DNA of 64,000 nt, taken from contig OZ024744.1 of assembly GCA_964016885.1 (NCBI GenBank), positions 126,852,001-126,916,000 of the forward strand. The letters are read 5' to 3'. Below the pieces are notes generated by a model. That model saw nothing but the letters and a program-made list of their open reading frames with translations. It was not told the origin of the DNA and did no database searches. Position numbers and translations under genes: made by a program. Source of the stretch: Eledone cirrhosa (Eukaryota). Positions 27,200-40,320 of this stretch are shown here, piece by piece; within the stretch, counting starts at the first letter, position 1, and each line of letters starts with the position of its first letter.

Positions 27200-28505
27200 C
27201 AAGTGACAGGCATGGAAAGACTGGAAAAATAGGGGCGTCAGACCAGGACCAGGTAGCTAAGAGAGAAGCTAGAAGACAGGTATACATAACACAGAGAGAG
27301 GCTGAAAAAAGAAAGTTTGCCAATGTCTTGAGACATGAGAATGAGAGGTGTGAAGTGTTCCACATTGCAAGACAGGGAAAGGTGTGTTAGAAATGACATT
27401 GGTACACTTAGCACCACTGATGCTCAAAAGAAAGAGGCCTGGAAATGTTACTATGAGAGATTGATGAATGTAGAGAATAAATTAAGAAGCAATCTTAGAC
27501 TTTTGTTTTATGTTCATTGTTCAACACATACACATATAATTGACATTGTCTTTGGAATTACTGATGAAACTTGTTAGTGACACAACTACAAGAGAGGTTC
27601 CTAGCCAAGATTAAGCTGCAATATTTAGCTTTTATAGATCTAGAAAAGGCCTTTGACAGAGTACCTTACTCTATTATCTGGTAGTCCTTCAGAAAATTAG
27701 GTGGAGAATGGCTTTTGAGAGCAGTGCAAGCCATGTACAGAGGAGCTGTCAGTAAAGCGAGAGTAGGAAGGGAGTTTAGTGAAAAATTCAATGTACAGGT
27801 AGGTGTTCATCATGGTTCAGTTCACAACCCACTGCTGTTCATCATAGTTCTCCAGGCCATAACCAATGGGTTTAAGACTGGCTTTTCACGGGAAACAGTC
27901 TATGTGAATGATCTGGTCCTTATAGCTGAATCCATAAAAGAACTAGAGAATAAGCGACCCTACTGCATATGTAGGAAAGAAGTAGGCATAAACTGTACAC
28001 AATGATAGCTTCCGCTATCTAGGTAACCTAATTAGCAGCAGAGGAGGGTGCCTCGTAAGAGAGGATAGGATTGAAGTTTAGAGAGCTACTTCCACTGTTG
28101 GCAAATAAAGTTTCTCACTACGTACAAAGATGTTGGCTGTACAATGCTTGTGTGTGAAGTGCAATACTGCATGGAAGTGAAACATGGGCAGTAACTGCAG
28201 AAGACATGCATAAGCTGGAGAGAAATGGAGCAACCATGCTTCATTGGGTGTGCAACGTAAATGTGAGAGGAAGGCAGAGCTTGGATAAAATGAGGAAGTA
28301 ATTGGTAATCACTGGTTAAAGAAGTGCCACAGAAAACCAGAGGAGGGAAGCCATACTAGAGGGAGCCGAGGGTAGATGTGGTGAGAGCTGATCTCAAATT
28401 GCTGAGACTCACAGATGACGAAGGAACAAGCGAGTGGGGAGATGTGCTTAAAAGGACCCACCAACCTATGCCAGGATTGAAAAACGGACGTAAAACTATG
28501 ATGAT
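27200..28505 (+). mobile_element. Fragmented RTE LINE
   Basis: AWKCYYERLMNVEN, FIDLEKAFDRVP, GVHHGSVHNPLLF, LHGSETW, tail GGACGTAAAAC. Confidence 0.85.
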
Positions 28506-28514
28506 GGTGTAGAT

Positions 28515-29696
28515 CAAAGGTTCTCAATGGGGGACATATGCTCCCCCCCCCTCCAGGGGGGTGTTTGGGAGCAATGTCACGTTAGGGGGGCGTTTGGAGC
28601 TGGGGGAGGGGGTTAGGGGGGAGCTGGGTTTTTCCATTTTTAGGATCTCAATTACCGGTTAACGTCTCAATTACCAGACATGCCTGCACACCTGCTCACA
28701 GCTGCGCTCAGACTATAGTTATGCTGTCTGCAGCTGTGCAGGCATGTCCGGTAATTGAGACGTTAACCGGTAATTGAGATACTAAAAATGGAAAAACCCA
28801 CAGTCACCTGGGTCAAAGACACTTTGAGTGCAGACAGTTAGAATCTTGTCTGAAATTATTGACTCAACCGTAACGAGTTAAGACTATGTAGATCTATTTT
28901 ATTCCCTATTGTATAAATAATATTACAAATAAAAAAAAAAGAAAAGAAAAAAACAGAAGCGAGTAGAACACACATGTAGGACCACATACAACACATAATC
29001 AGATAATACACACATCTAGGACCACATACAACACATAATCAGATAATACACACATCTAGGACCACATACAACACATAATCAGATAATACACACATCTAGG
29101 ACCACATACAACACATAATCAGATAATACACACATCTAGGACCACATACAACGCATAATCAGATAATACACACATCTAGGACCACATACAACACATAATC
29201 AGATAATACACACATCTAGGACCACATACAACACAATCAGATAATACACACATCTAGGACCGCATACAATACATAATCAGATAATACACACATCTAGGGC
29301 CACATACAACACATAATCAGATAATACACACATCTAGGACCGCATACAACGCATAATCAGATAATACACACATCTAGGACCACATACAGCACATAATCAG
29401 ATAATACACACATCTAGGACCACATACAACACATAATCAGATAATACACACATCTAGGACCACATACAATACATAATCAGATAATACACAGATCTAGGGC
29501 CACATACAACACATAATCATATAATACACACATCTAGGACCACATACAACACATAATCAGATAATACACACATCTAGGACCACATACAACACATAATCAG
29601 ATAATACACACGTGTTTGGAATATTGTTAATCAATTTTTTAGTAAACTACTGATATAAAAATCAGTAGTTTGGCCTAAATGGGTTGAGAACCTGTG
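28515..29696. mobile_element. Non-autonomous hAT (Charlie-like) element with perfect 8-bp TSD
   Basis: GTGTAGAT|CAAAGGTTCTCAA...TTGAGAACCTGTG|GTGTAGAT. Confidence 0.85.
28968..29612. repeat. 40-bp tandem repeat (about 16 copies) inside the hAT element
   Basis: ACCACATACAACACATAATCAGATAATACACACATCTAGG. Confidence 0.95.
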
Positions 29697-29817
29697 GTGT
29701 AGATGAAGTAAATTAAATCAAGATAGATTTAGACTAAAACGAACAAAACTTCCCTGAAACAACAAGGTACAGCTAAATATAAACTATATTTTATAATGTA
29801 AGGTAGTGAACCACATA

Positions 29818-30680
29818 ATTAAATAGACGGAGGTAATTTAAATAATAAAGATAGTCATGATAACAATATATTTTATATCACATGTAACAGTGGAATCTGG
29901 TTAATTACTCAATCGTTGAAGGCTTCACATAATTATATTATTTACACACATTAATATAGACATTAAGTAAATCTTTGATAACTTACATCCTCCAGATATA
30001 ATCAATGTGTTGAGTTGTTAGTTGTTACTAAACAACCAAAGAAATAATCTCTTTGTTATCAAATTAGAAGTTTCAATGTTATCAGCTTTATTTCACGACA
30101 TTAACGTTGGTGTAACTTCTTCATCTTTAGTCATAAATTGATATCTTGTCAGAATGAAGTAGTGAGGCTGACTTTATGTCTTTAGCTCCAGATTTAACAG
30201 GACATATATATATATTAGGTTGATATGTGGTCTAAAATATATATATTGTCTATAAATGACTGATAGCAGATGTTCTGGTGAAATAGTAGTTTTACTACTA
30301 CAGATTGTAATGGAACTCTTAGTAGACACAATTGTAAAGTAAGAATAGATATGACAGTGTAAGACTGATGTCCGGGAATTAAAATTGAGTATATATATAT
30401 ATATATATAATTGTTACACAAGATATAATTAGATTAATTAAAGTTATAGTAAACAGCAAGTACACGGTGTCGTTGGAAATGATTTAACTCCCTTACCGGT
30501 GTCATACGTTAACAGTCCCTGATATAATTTAATGTATTCAGACACACTTCCAATCGTATTTAATTCATTGTATGTCAGAAAGTATAACTCAGTAAAATAT
30601 CAATTATACATCAATAAGAAAACCTCTACGTAGTCTCTCTACCTGCTAGAAATAGCTGTGATATTATCCATTACAACTTA
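29818..30680 (-). promoter_or_regulatory. 5' module of ZNF B (donor at 29986; predicted intron 23163-29986)
   Basis: Paralogous to the modules at 1-480, 16003-16710 and 61380-62420. Confidence 0.6.
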
Positions 30681-30785
30681 GTTTTTTGTTTAAAATCTCC
30701 AAAGTTTAGTTATACAATCAACAGTAAATCTTTTGTACAGACTTCGGAATAAACTGGAAGACCGTCAGAATATCATTCTCCCTGT

Positions 30786-30928
<143 letters not shown>

Positions 30929-31099
30929 TTAGGTTTGTTGGCTCACCACTGGATAGAACTGGTCATTCCGTATAGTCAACCTTGATGTAATATTAGGGAG
31001 AGCACTCGACGTAATCCTATATTTCAGGTTATTGTTATCATGACTGTCTTTATTATTTGGTCTGAGAGTCGGCCCTTGTGGCCAATAAATGGAATCATT

Positions 31100-31250
31100 A
31101 TTTGGTCTGAGTTCAAATCCTGCCGAGGTTAACTTTGCCTTCCATCCTTACGCGGTCGATAAAATAAAGTACCAGTCACGCACTGAGGTCGATTTAATCG
31201 ACTTTCCCCTCCCCCCAAATTGCAGACCTTGTGCCTAAATAAGAAACCAT
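31100..31250 (+). mobile_element. Deu/Nin-domain-like SINE
   Basis: GAGTTCAAATCC B box; CTTTGCCTTCCATCCTT..GGTCGATAAAATAAAGTACCAG; other copies at 35034-35127, 39800-40030 (-), 52700-52760 (-). Confidence 0.65.
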
Positions 31251-31537
31251 TATAACTTTAATTAATCTAATTATATCTCTTGTGTAACAATTATATATAT
31301 ATATATATATATTTATTAAAATAACAGATTAAAGTTTAAGCAGAGAATCGCTGCTTTCACCCTTAACGGGATCTTCTGAAACTAACAAAGTCAATCTGTA
31401 AACGCAGAACTGGATATTTCAAAAAACGTTGCAACCGGAGGAAGACGATACACACAATTTTCTCTCCCCGACATCAGTCTTACACTGTCATATCTATTCT
31501 TACTTTACAATTGTGTCTACTAAGAGTTCCATTACAA

Positions 31538-34147
31538 GGACTCCAATCGAGCCAGTGACTGGGAGCGGTTGTTCTATTTCGCCCCACTCACCCTTGGCCT
31601 CCCCAGCTCTGGCGCTGACCGGTTAACAGCAGCCTTCGTCAAGGCCAATGTCTCGTCATTTGGGCGGGCGCCTATTCCAAGCTCAGCCACCCCTCTCCTC
31701 CACCCCCGAGGCCAGCGCCAAGCGTTTGCGTGACCAGGTAAACGCAAAGCTTATCATGGGTGATGTCTCGGCCGCAGTCAGAGTTGTTGCTTCAGAGGGC
31801 ACTGTCCTCGAATCCACCGAGGAAGTCCTGGCTGCTCTGCGGCTCAAACACCCTGAGCCACCCACTGATCTCAGACCCATACCCCCACCCGACCCCCACT
31901 TGCTCCTTGTGGCTACTGATGCAGATATCATGCTCGCCATCAGGTCCTTCCCAGCTAGCAGCTGCGGAGGTGTTGATGGTCTCCGACCAGGCCACCTCAA
32001 GGAGTTGACATCTCCCCTCTCCGCTGAGGCCGGGCGCCGCCTTCTGAGTGCAATTGTGGCGCTCACCAATAGGCTCATTCATGGTGCTCTCGACCCTTAC
32101 GCCCGAGGCCTCTTTTTTTCGGCCAGCCTCACCTCTCTCAGGAAGAAAGAGGGTGGCATACGCCCCATTGCTGTGGGCAATGTCTTCCGGAGGCTGGCTG
32201 CCAAGGTGATCTGTAAGTCCGTCACACACGAACTGGGTGAGGAGTTTAGTCCGGTGTAACTGGGTGTCGGCGTGTCCGGTGGCTGTGAGGGTGCCTCTCA
32301 TGCAATCAGGCAGTTCTTCAGCAGCTGCCCATCGGTACCGGCATCCAGGGACTCCAGGCACCTCGTTGTCAAGCTTGACATGAGGAATGCCTTTAACTCT
32401 TTACGCCGGGATCATCTGCTCGAGGCCTGCCTCAGCCGAGCCCCCTCAGCCTACCCGCTGGCCTACCTGTCATATGGAGCCACGAGCATGCTCCTAGCTG
32501 CTGAAACGATCATACCATCGGCTACTGGGGTCCAGCAGGGCGACCTTTTGTGACCCCTCCTGTTCGCCCTTGGTATTGACCACATCGCCCGGAGTATCAC
32601 GGCCCCTCTCAACGTTTGGCATCTGGATGATGCTACGTGGGGCGGGCCCGTACGGGCGGTCTGCCATGACCTTCAATCGGTGATTCCTGCTCTGGCGGGA
32701 ATCGGCCTCCAGGTCAACTCAGCCAAGTCGGAAGTGGTGAACGTCAGCCTCGATGCTGTGAGCTTTGCAGCCTCCGTCTTGGACGTGCGGTTCATTCTCC
32801 GCCAGGTTAAGGTGACCCCCAAAGAGGATGTCCTCATCCTCGGTCCATCAGGTCCAGGCTTCAACAGCTCCAGACTCTCACGAGCCGACTGGGCTTGATT
32901 GACGGCCACCCAGCTCTCTTTCTGCTGAGGAACTGCTTCGCCATGCCGAAGCTCCTCTATACACTCCGCAGCGCTCCATGCTACACTCAGACATCTCTCC
33001 TCGTTGACCTCGATACTTGTATCCGAGCAGCAGCCGAGTAGATATGCAACGTCAAGTTTGACGACATAGGGTGGCAACAGGCCACTTTACCGCCTAGGCC
33101 TCCGGTCCCCGATCTCACTAGCTTTGCCGGCGTATCTTTCGTCGGTAACCACGTGCCGCGTCCTCGTCAGCAGGGTTTTTCAAAACACAAAAGAACCCTC
33201 TGTGTTCAGAGAACGTGAGGCCACCTGTGAGACGTGGGACCGGCTGGGACTTAGCCCAGTAGCCGTCCCTCCTCCTTCTCCCCCTGTTGACTTCAAGTCC
33301 CCCCAACGCACTTGGGATGCCATCCAGTGCAGCCTGGCCTCAGACAGGCTCACGCGCCAGCTCGACCAGCACCACCTTGCTTGTTTTCGTGCGGCCTCCA
33401 AACCCCATAGTGTTGCCTGGCTCCATGCTCTGCCCTCCTTCTCCACTGGCACGCAGCTAGACAACCATAGCCTGCGATTCAGCGTTTCCCTGAGGCTCGG
33501 CCTCCGGATCTGCCAGCCACACCAATGTCGCTGCGGTTCCACCGTGAACTCTTTCGGCCTCCACCCGCTTTCCTGTCGCCACAGTGTCGGCCGCATTCCA
33601 CGCCATACTGCCCTCAACGAGGTTATTAAGCATGGCTTGGACGCTGCAGGCATCCCTTCCCAGCTCGAGGAGACGGCAAAAGGCCTGATGGCATGACCAT
33701 CTTCCCGTTCCGCGGTGGCAAACCCCTCGTCTGGGATGCCACTTGCACCGACACTTTCTGCAGCCGCAACCTGGTGCAGTCTGCGACTGACCCAGGTTCT
33801 CCTGCATGTCGGGCTGAGGGGGCCAAACTCCTCAAATACCGGTCGCTCTCCGACAGGTTTGCGGTCGTACCCCTGGAAGTGGAAACTTCTGGTGTCCTCG
33901 GCCCCAGGGCTACCTCCTTACTCACCACCATAGGTGCTGAGCTGGCCAGCCGTAGGTGTGAGCCCCGCGAGTTGGAGTGGCTTTTCCAGCGCGTCTCCCT
34001 TGCCGTCCTCCGTGGAAACGCCTTCTCCATTCTGTCCGCCGGGGCTGTGGGTGGGCCCCATCGCGTACCAATACATTAGTTAAATACCATTCTTTCATCT
34101 GATACAACACAATAAAACCGCTACAATATTACAAAAAAAAAAAAAAA
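31538..34147 (+). mobile_element. 5'-truncated CRE-clade non-LTR retrotransposon (RT, CCHC knuckle, restriction-like endonuclease), mildly decayed
   Basis: GGIRPIAVGNVFRRL, KLDMRNAFNS, GVQQGD, WHLDD, CRCG..HPLSC..RH, PDG..LVWDAT..K..KY..VETSG; stops at 32257 and 32551 plus frameshifts; AATAAA at 34111 and A15 tail. Confidence 0.9.
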
Positions 34148-34149
34148 GT

Positions 34150-34570
34150 TTATTCAAATGGAATTAAGTGTAATTTAACAGGAAATAAGACACTAGAGCA
34201 GCAAATGTTTACATAAAATAAAAGAACAACAAACAAGATGGCGACACGACAGGGACATTTTTCTTTTGCTCAATATAAGCTTTATTTTCAGCGCGATTTG
34301 CCTTGCTGCCCGGGTTGTTCAGTCAGTAGCAGCCCCGTACGAACCTCAGGGGCTTACGACTTTACATGGTTCGAATCTCACCCTCTCCGGCTCTTCTCGA
34401 GTTATCTCCTACCCTTTTTACTTAGTTCCAGGTGACTGAAAAAGTGAAAAGAGGGCGCGGCGATTGGCTTTGCGGAGGAACGGTGAGAGACTACGATATA
34501 AGGAAGGAGAAAAAAAAAGAGAGATAGACAGATAAATGCGAGTCACACTCTCCCCCTCTCTTTACATTTT
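34150..34570 (+). mobile_element. Diverged single-unit relative of the 9890-10798 element (tRNA-like unit at about 34308-34392)
   Basis: ATGGAATTAAGTG..GGAAATAAGACA TIR, GGTTCGAATCTCAC, GAGTTATCTCCTAC and AAGAGGGCGC all shared. Confidence 0.6.
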
Positions 34571-34800
34571 TATGTCTATCTATTTCGTCCTTCTCCCCCT
34601 CTCTTTAAATCTTTTTCTCTTCCGCGTATTTCTCACCCTCTCTTTACATCTATTACTCTATATACCCCTTAGTTCTGGCCCTCTCTTTACATCTATAACT
34701 CTTTCTCCCTCTTATTTCTCCCCCTCTCTTTACATCTATTACTCTATCAACCTCTTAGTTCTTACCCTCTCTTTACTTCTATTACTCTATCCTCCTCTTA
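34545..34800. repeat. CT-rich degenerate repeats
   Basis: CCCTCTCTTTACATCTAT recurring about 6 times. Confidence 0.7.
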
Positions 34801-35153
34801 TGAGAGTACAAAATTACTTCCTTTAAATTTTTTTATTTTCAAAATCATACATTTATTAGATTTTCAGAATTTCCACATAATCTTTACAATAGAATTTAAA
34901 AAATATATATATTAAACACTGGTAAAAAAGAAAACATTCTACGTTGGAGACTATGTTAGTGCAAGACAGGGCGGTCCACCTGTATTGAGGACCGTAATAT
35001 TTTATTTTACTAATTTTTCGATGTTAATTTATAAGGTTGACTTTGCCTTTCATCCTTACGGGGTCGATAAAATAAAGTACCAGTAATGCACTGGATAATT
35101 GCTGGCCTTGTGCCTAAAGTAGAAACAGTTAATTTATAATTTATAATTTAATT

Positions 35154-35615
35154 GGCACTACCATGCTATTAGCTGTCACAAGTTTCGTCAACCTTCTCAA
35201 TAGTAAACATCCTTTATTTCCGTATTACCACGGGTTATTTTAATAAAGCATATCGTTGTCAGTGGTGTTACTTAAATGGAAATATAGGTGGTCCTTAAAA
35301 GGGGACAAATTAGAAAAGAAATTTAAGTTTATAAACAAATATATGGTTATCAAATTTGTTTCACCAACCCTATACATGAAATTGATAACCATGACTATGA
35401 AAATATAAATGATTAAATCCAATTTATTTGATAACCATGACTTGTTTTCTAATCTTGCCCTTTTAAGGGCCACCTATATTTTCATTTAATTAACAACTCC
35501 TCTGACATCGATATGCTTTATTAAAATAAAGCGTGGTAATACGGAAATAAAGGATGTTTATGATTGAGAAGGTTGACGAAACTTTCACTCGTGACAGCTA
35601 ATAGCATGTAGTGCC
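35154..35615. mobile_element. Palindromic Merlin-like MITE (related subfamily)
   Basis: GGCACTACCATGCTATTAGCTGTC...GACAGCTAATAGCATGTAGTGCC. Confidence 0.7.
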
Positions 35616-36021
35616 GAAAGTTAATATTCTGTAGATAACATAGAGTGAGCTCCATGTTCCAGGGTAGGTGTTCCATCTCCTACATGATTAAATATTTCAT
35701 TTCATGAGAAACTACGCTACATCGTGAATTGGTTGCTCCACATTTTACAGGACAGTGAGAAATAGGTTTAAATCACCAACATTTGAACAATTAGCTTTCC
35801 TGGTCTTTCTTGACTTTAGACTTGGACTTGAAATATAAAGTACGTATTATTTGTGTTGTTAACACAGCAGATATTGTGTACTTTACTACACTCCGTGGTG
35901 AACAATCCTCATTTATTAAGACACAAGCACACACTCTCTCTCTCTTACACTTTCTTATACCGACATATGTCTTACACAGTCATATATCTTCAGAACTGCG
36001 AAGAATTCTTCAATAATTACA

Positions 36022-37350
36022 ATGGAAGATGTTAAACACTTGGACATTTCTACCACACCTGTTTCTACCAATATAGATACAGTTACACAGGCATACAGTG
36101 GTGAGAAACCTTTACCTAGTGAAACATGTACTGAACAAGGATCATTACACAGAAATATTCCTGAATATAACTGTGAGATTTGTAGGAAAACTTTCTCATC
36201 AGAAGATGAATTATCTACACACAAACACATACATATTAAAGACAAACCCTATCATTGTGAAATGTGTGGAAAATCTTTCAGTTAGAGTGGTGATTTAACT
36301 AACCACAAAAGAACACACACTGGAGAAAAACCTTTCAAATGTGAAACATGTGGGAAATCTTTCAGCCAAAATACCAATTTAATTAGGCATTTATGTAATC
36401 ACAGTGGGGAAAAACCATTTCACTGTGAAATATGTGGGAAATCTTTCGCTGAGAAAGCTAATCTTGTTAGACATATACGTATTCACACGGGAGAGAAACC
36501 TGTTCACTGTGAAATATGTGGGAAATATTTTGCTGATAGTGCTGTTCTTTTAGTTCACAGAAGAAGACACACTGGAGAGAAACACTTCCATTGTCAAATA
36601 TGTGGAAAATCTTTTGTAAGAAGCAGTTCTTTAAATATACATAAAATAACACACACTGGAGAGGAACCCTATCACTGAAATATGTGGGAAATCTTTTGTA
36701 ACAAGCCGTTCTTTAACTGTACACAAAAGAACACACACTGGAGAGGAACCCTATCACTGTGAAATATGTGGGAAATCTTTTGTAACAAGCCGTTCTTTAA
36801 CTGTACACAAAAGAACACACACTGGAGAGAAACCCTATCACTGTGAAATATGTGGGAAATCTTTTACAAATTCTCCTGATCTCATTGTCCACATATGTAC
36901 TCACACTGGAGAAAAGCCTTCCACTGTGAAATATGTGGGAAATCTTTTATTAGTAACAGCAATTATAATAAACACAAAAGAACACACAGTGGAGAGAGAC
37001 CCTATCACTGTGAAATATGTGGGAAATCTTTTAGCTGGAGTAATGTCTTAACTACGCATAAAAGAACACACACTGGAGAGAGACCCTATCACTGTGAAAT
37101 ATGTGGGAAATCTTTTATTAGTAAAACACAAAAGAACACACACTGGATAGAAACCTTATCACTGAAATATGTGGGAAATCTTTTAGTTGGAGTAATGTCT
37201 TAACTACACACAAAACAACACACTCTGTAGAGAAACCCTATCACTGAAATATGTGGTAAATAAACACAAAATAACACACACTGGTGAAAAACCTTTTACA
37301 CAGTGAAATATGTGGGAAATGTTTTTTCTATAACAGTTATTTAGACACAA
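36022..37350 (+). pseudogene. C2H2 ZNF D (CEIC subfamily, about 14-15 finger units), disabled as assembled
   Basis: MEDVKHLDIST start; TAG at 36283; frame stays open to 36678; frameshifts at about 36677, 36920 and 37125. Confidence 0.8.
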
Positions 37351-38007
37351 ACACACAGAGGAAGGAAAGTTTTTAACTGTGAAACATGAGACATCCTTCC
37401 TCTTACAAATCTAAACTTATTTTCCACCAATATCAAATGTGAATACTTGGCAGTTTGATAGACTCCAAACATTGCTGGCCATTTTTACATATATATTTTC
37501 ATTCGAAATGAAAATCTTTCTCTGATCTATTCTTGACGTTTTGAATTAATTTTAAATCTATGCCAGAAATTTCATCATTGGTTTGTCAACACCAACATTC
37601 CCTGCTATAGTGTGTGTAATTAAGGGACCCTCTATCACCTGAGGTAATGTCTTCTCTGCTTTGATAACTTTTAGAGGCTTACACCAACATTGCCTGTTGT
37701 AGTGTGTAATTGGAGGGCCCTCTGTCACATGAGGTATTGCTGTGAGTGTCCAGTCTCAGAAATTTTAGAGGGTAACACCAACATTCTCTGTTACAGTAAT
37801 TGAAGGAGTAGTTTTACCTGTTTTTCTTTTTCTTTCTGACTACCTTTTTTTTATTGATTTCATTGTTTTGTAAACAATTTATTAATTTTTCATAATTAAT
37901 TTTGTAAATAGTATTTATGTCCTAAATTTCATTCTATTTGTTGTTAATAAAAGAATTATATTTAAGGAATTTATCAAGTCTGTAACTTCAACTTTTTGTT
38001 ATTTTGC

Positions 38008-38940
38008 CATCTAAATCTCTGTTATTAACACCATATGTAATGATATCATCTTGTAAGTAGTTTTAATACATCTAACACCCATCTAAATCTTTGTTATTAA
38101 CACCATATGTAATGATATCATCTTGTAAGTAGTTTTAATACATCTAACACCCATCTAAATCTCTGTTATTAACACCATATGTAATGATATCACCTTGTAA
38201 GTAGTTTTAATACATCTAACAACCATCTAAATCTCTGTTATTAACACCATATATAATGATATCACCTTGTAAGTAGTTTTAATACATCTAACACCCATCT
38301 AAATCTCTGTTATTAACACCATATGTAATGATATCATCTTGTAAATAGTTTTAATACATCTAACAACCATCTAAATCTCTGTTATTAACACCACATGTAA
38401 TGATATCATCTTGTAAGTAGTTTTAATACATCTAACAACCATCTAAATCTCTGTTATTAACACCATATATAATGATATCACCTTGTAAATAGTTTTAATA
38501 CATCTAACAACCATCTAAATCTCTGTTATTAACACCACATGTAATGATATCATCTTGTAAGTAGTTTTAATACATCTAACACCCATCTAAATCTCTCTTA
38601 TTAACACCATATGTAATGATATCATCTTGTAAGTAGTTTTAATACATCTAACACCCATCTAAATCTCTGTTATTAACACCATATGTAATGATATCATCTT
38701 GTAAGTAGTTTTAATACATCTAACACCCATCTAAATCTCTGTTATTAACACCATATGTAATGATATCATCTTGTAAGTAGTTTTAATACATCTAACACCC
38801 ATCTAAATCTCTGTTATTAACACCATATGTAATGATATCACCTTGTAAATAGTTTTAATACATCTAACACCCATCTAAATCTCTGTTATGAACACTATGT
38901 AATGATATCATCTTGTAAGTAGTTTTAATACATCTAACAC
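38008..38940. repeat. 71-bp tandem repeat (about 13 copies)
   Basis: CCATCTAAATCTCTGTTATTAACACCATATGTAATGATATCATCTTGTAAGTAGTTTTAATACATCTAACA. Confidence 0.95.
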
Positions 38941-39115
38941 AAACACTTCAATATTGTTTAAAATCATTGAAATTCTATCACTCCTCGTATATTTTACAAC
39001 TGAAATTTAGAAATTTGACAATATCCTGGTTATAGGGCCACTAACTTTGGTGGTATCATTGTTTCCCTAAAGTAACAAGAAAAATGAAAACTTAGTCACA
39101 AAATATCACAAACTG

Positions 39116-39625
39116 TTGAAGTATCAGTTGTTTGTTGTTGAACTTGTAGTAATGGAGATTTCTGGCATTCTTGGTCCCTATACCACCTCCCTACTAACTG
39201 TTATCAGGGTGGAGTTAGCCACCCACAGGAGTGTCTTGTTAAACTATAGTGGTGGAGACAATTGTCAGACTTGGTCCCTATACCACCTCCCTACTAACTG
39301 TTATCAGGGTGGAGTTAGCCACTCACAGGAGTGTCTTGTTAAACTATAGTGGTGGAGACAATCGTCAGACTTGGTCTCTATACCACCTCCCTACTAACTG
39401 TTATCAGGGTGGAGTTAGCCACACACAGGAGTGTCTTGTTAAACTATAGTGGTGGAGAAAATTGTCAGACTTGGTCCCTAAACTACCTCCCTACTAACTG
39501 TTATCAGGGTGGAGTTGTCCACACACAGGAGAAATCCCCACAGGTTTTAAAAGCTATTTCAACACATCTCACTTGCTGTCCTCCAGGGTAACCCCCTTTC
39601 ACCATTCTGTCCTCTCCTGGGACCA
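39116..39625 (+). mobile_element. Old CRE-clade 3' fragment with an internal 100-bp tandem amplification (about 3.6 copies)
   Basis: MEISGILGPYTTSLLTVIRVELATHR and LFQHISLAVLQGN match VETSGVLGPRATSLLTTIGAELASRR and LFQRVSLAVLRGN of the 31.5-34.1 kb element. Confidence 0.75.
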
Positions 39626-40045
39626 CAAGGTAGCTGGTACCTAATGTTCTCCATGCCAGAAAGAATTCTCCCACACTGTCCAGGTTTGTATCATTGGGGG
39701 TAGTGATGGTATAGTTTACTGATTGTTGTTAGTCACAGTCAATTATAAGAAATGTTTCAAGAAATATGAAGCAACAAATATTATTTGCTAAAACTAATTA
39801 AATCTCTGTTGATTTGTAAATTAGGTTCAAGAGCAGCAGATTTAGGAGAGGAGCAAAGTTGATTAAACCAACCCCAATACACCGACTGGTAATATATTTT
39901 ATCAACTCTAAAATGTTGAAATAATTATTTGACCTTGGCAGGATTTGAACTGGGAATGTTAAGAACCAGAACAAATACTGCAATAATATTTTATCTGGTG
40001 CTCTACCAATTCTGCCATTCTACCATCTTTGTTTAAATCTATATT

Positions 40046-40320
40046 AAAGTCAACAACAACACCATAGACATCAGAATAACACCTCCCAGAGAGTCAGTGT
40101 AGCTACAAAGTCAACAATAACACCTCCCAGAGAGTCAGTCTAGCTACAGAGTCAAAGTCAACAATAACACCTCCCAGAGAGTCAGTCTAGCTACAGAGTC
40201 AACAATAACACCTCCCAGAGAGTCAGTCTAGCTACAAAGTCAACAACAGCACCATAGACATCACAATAACACCTCCCAGAGAGTCAGTGTAGCTACAAAG
40301 TCAACAACAACACCATAGAC
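40046..40320. repeat. Short ~40-60 bp tandem repeat at a LINE junction
   Basis: GTCAACAATAACACCTCCCAGAGAGTCAGTCTAGCTAC. Confidence 0.85.

Noticed and set aside
31460-31537. CRE target as a spliced-leader RNA gene
   Set aside because: No convincing donor-plus-Sm-site arrangement at the junction
31683-34110. Long minus-strand ORFs over the CRE element
   Set aside because: Shadow ORFs of GC-rich coding sequence with no recognisable motifs
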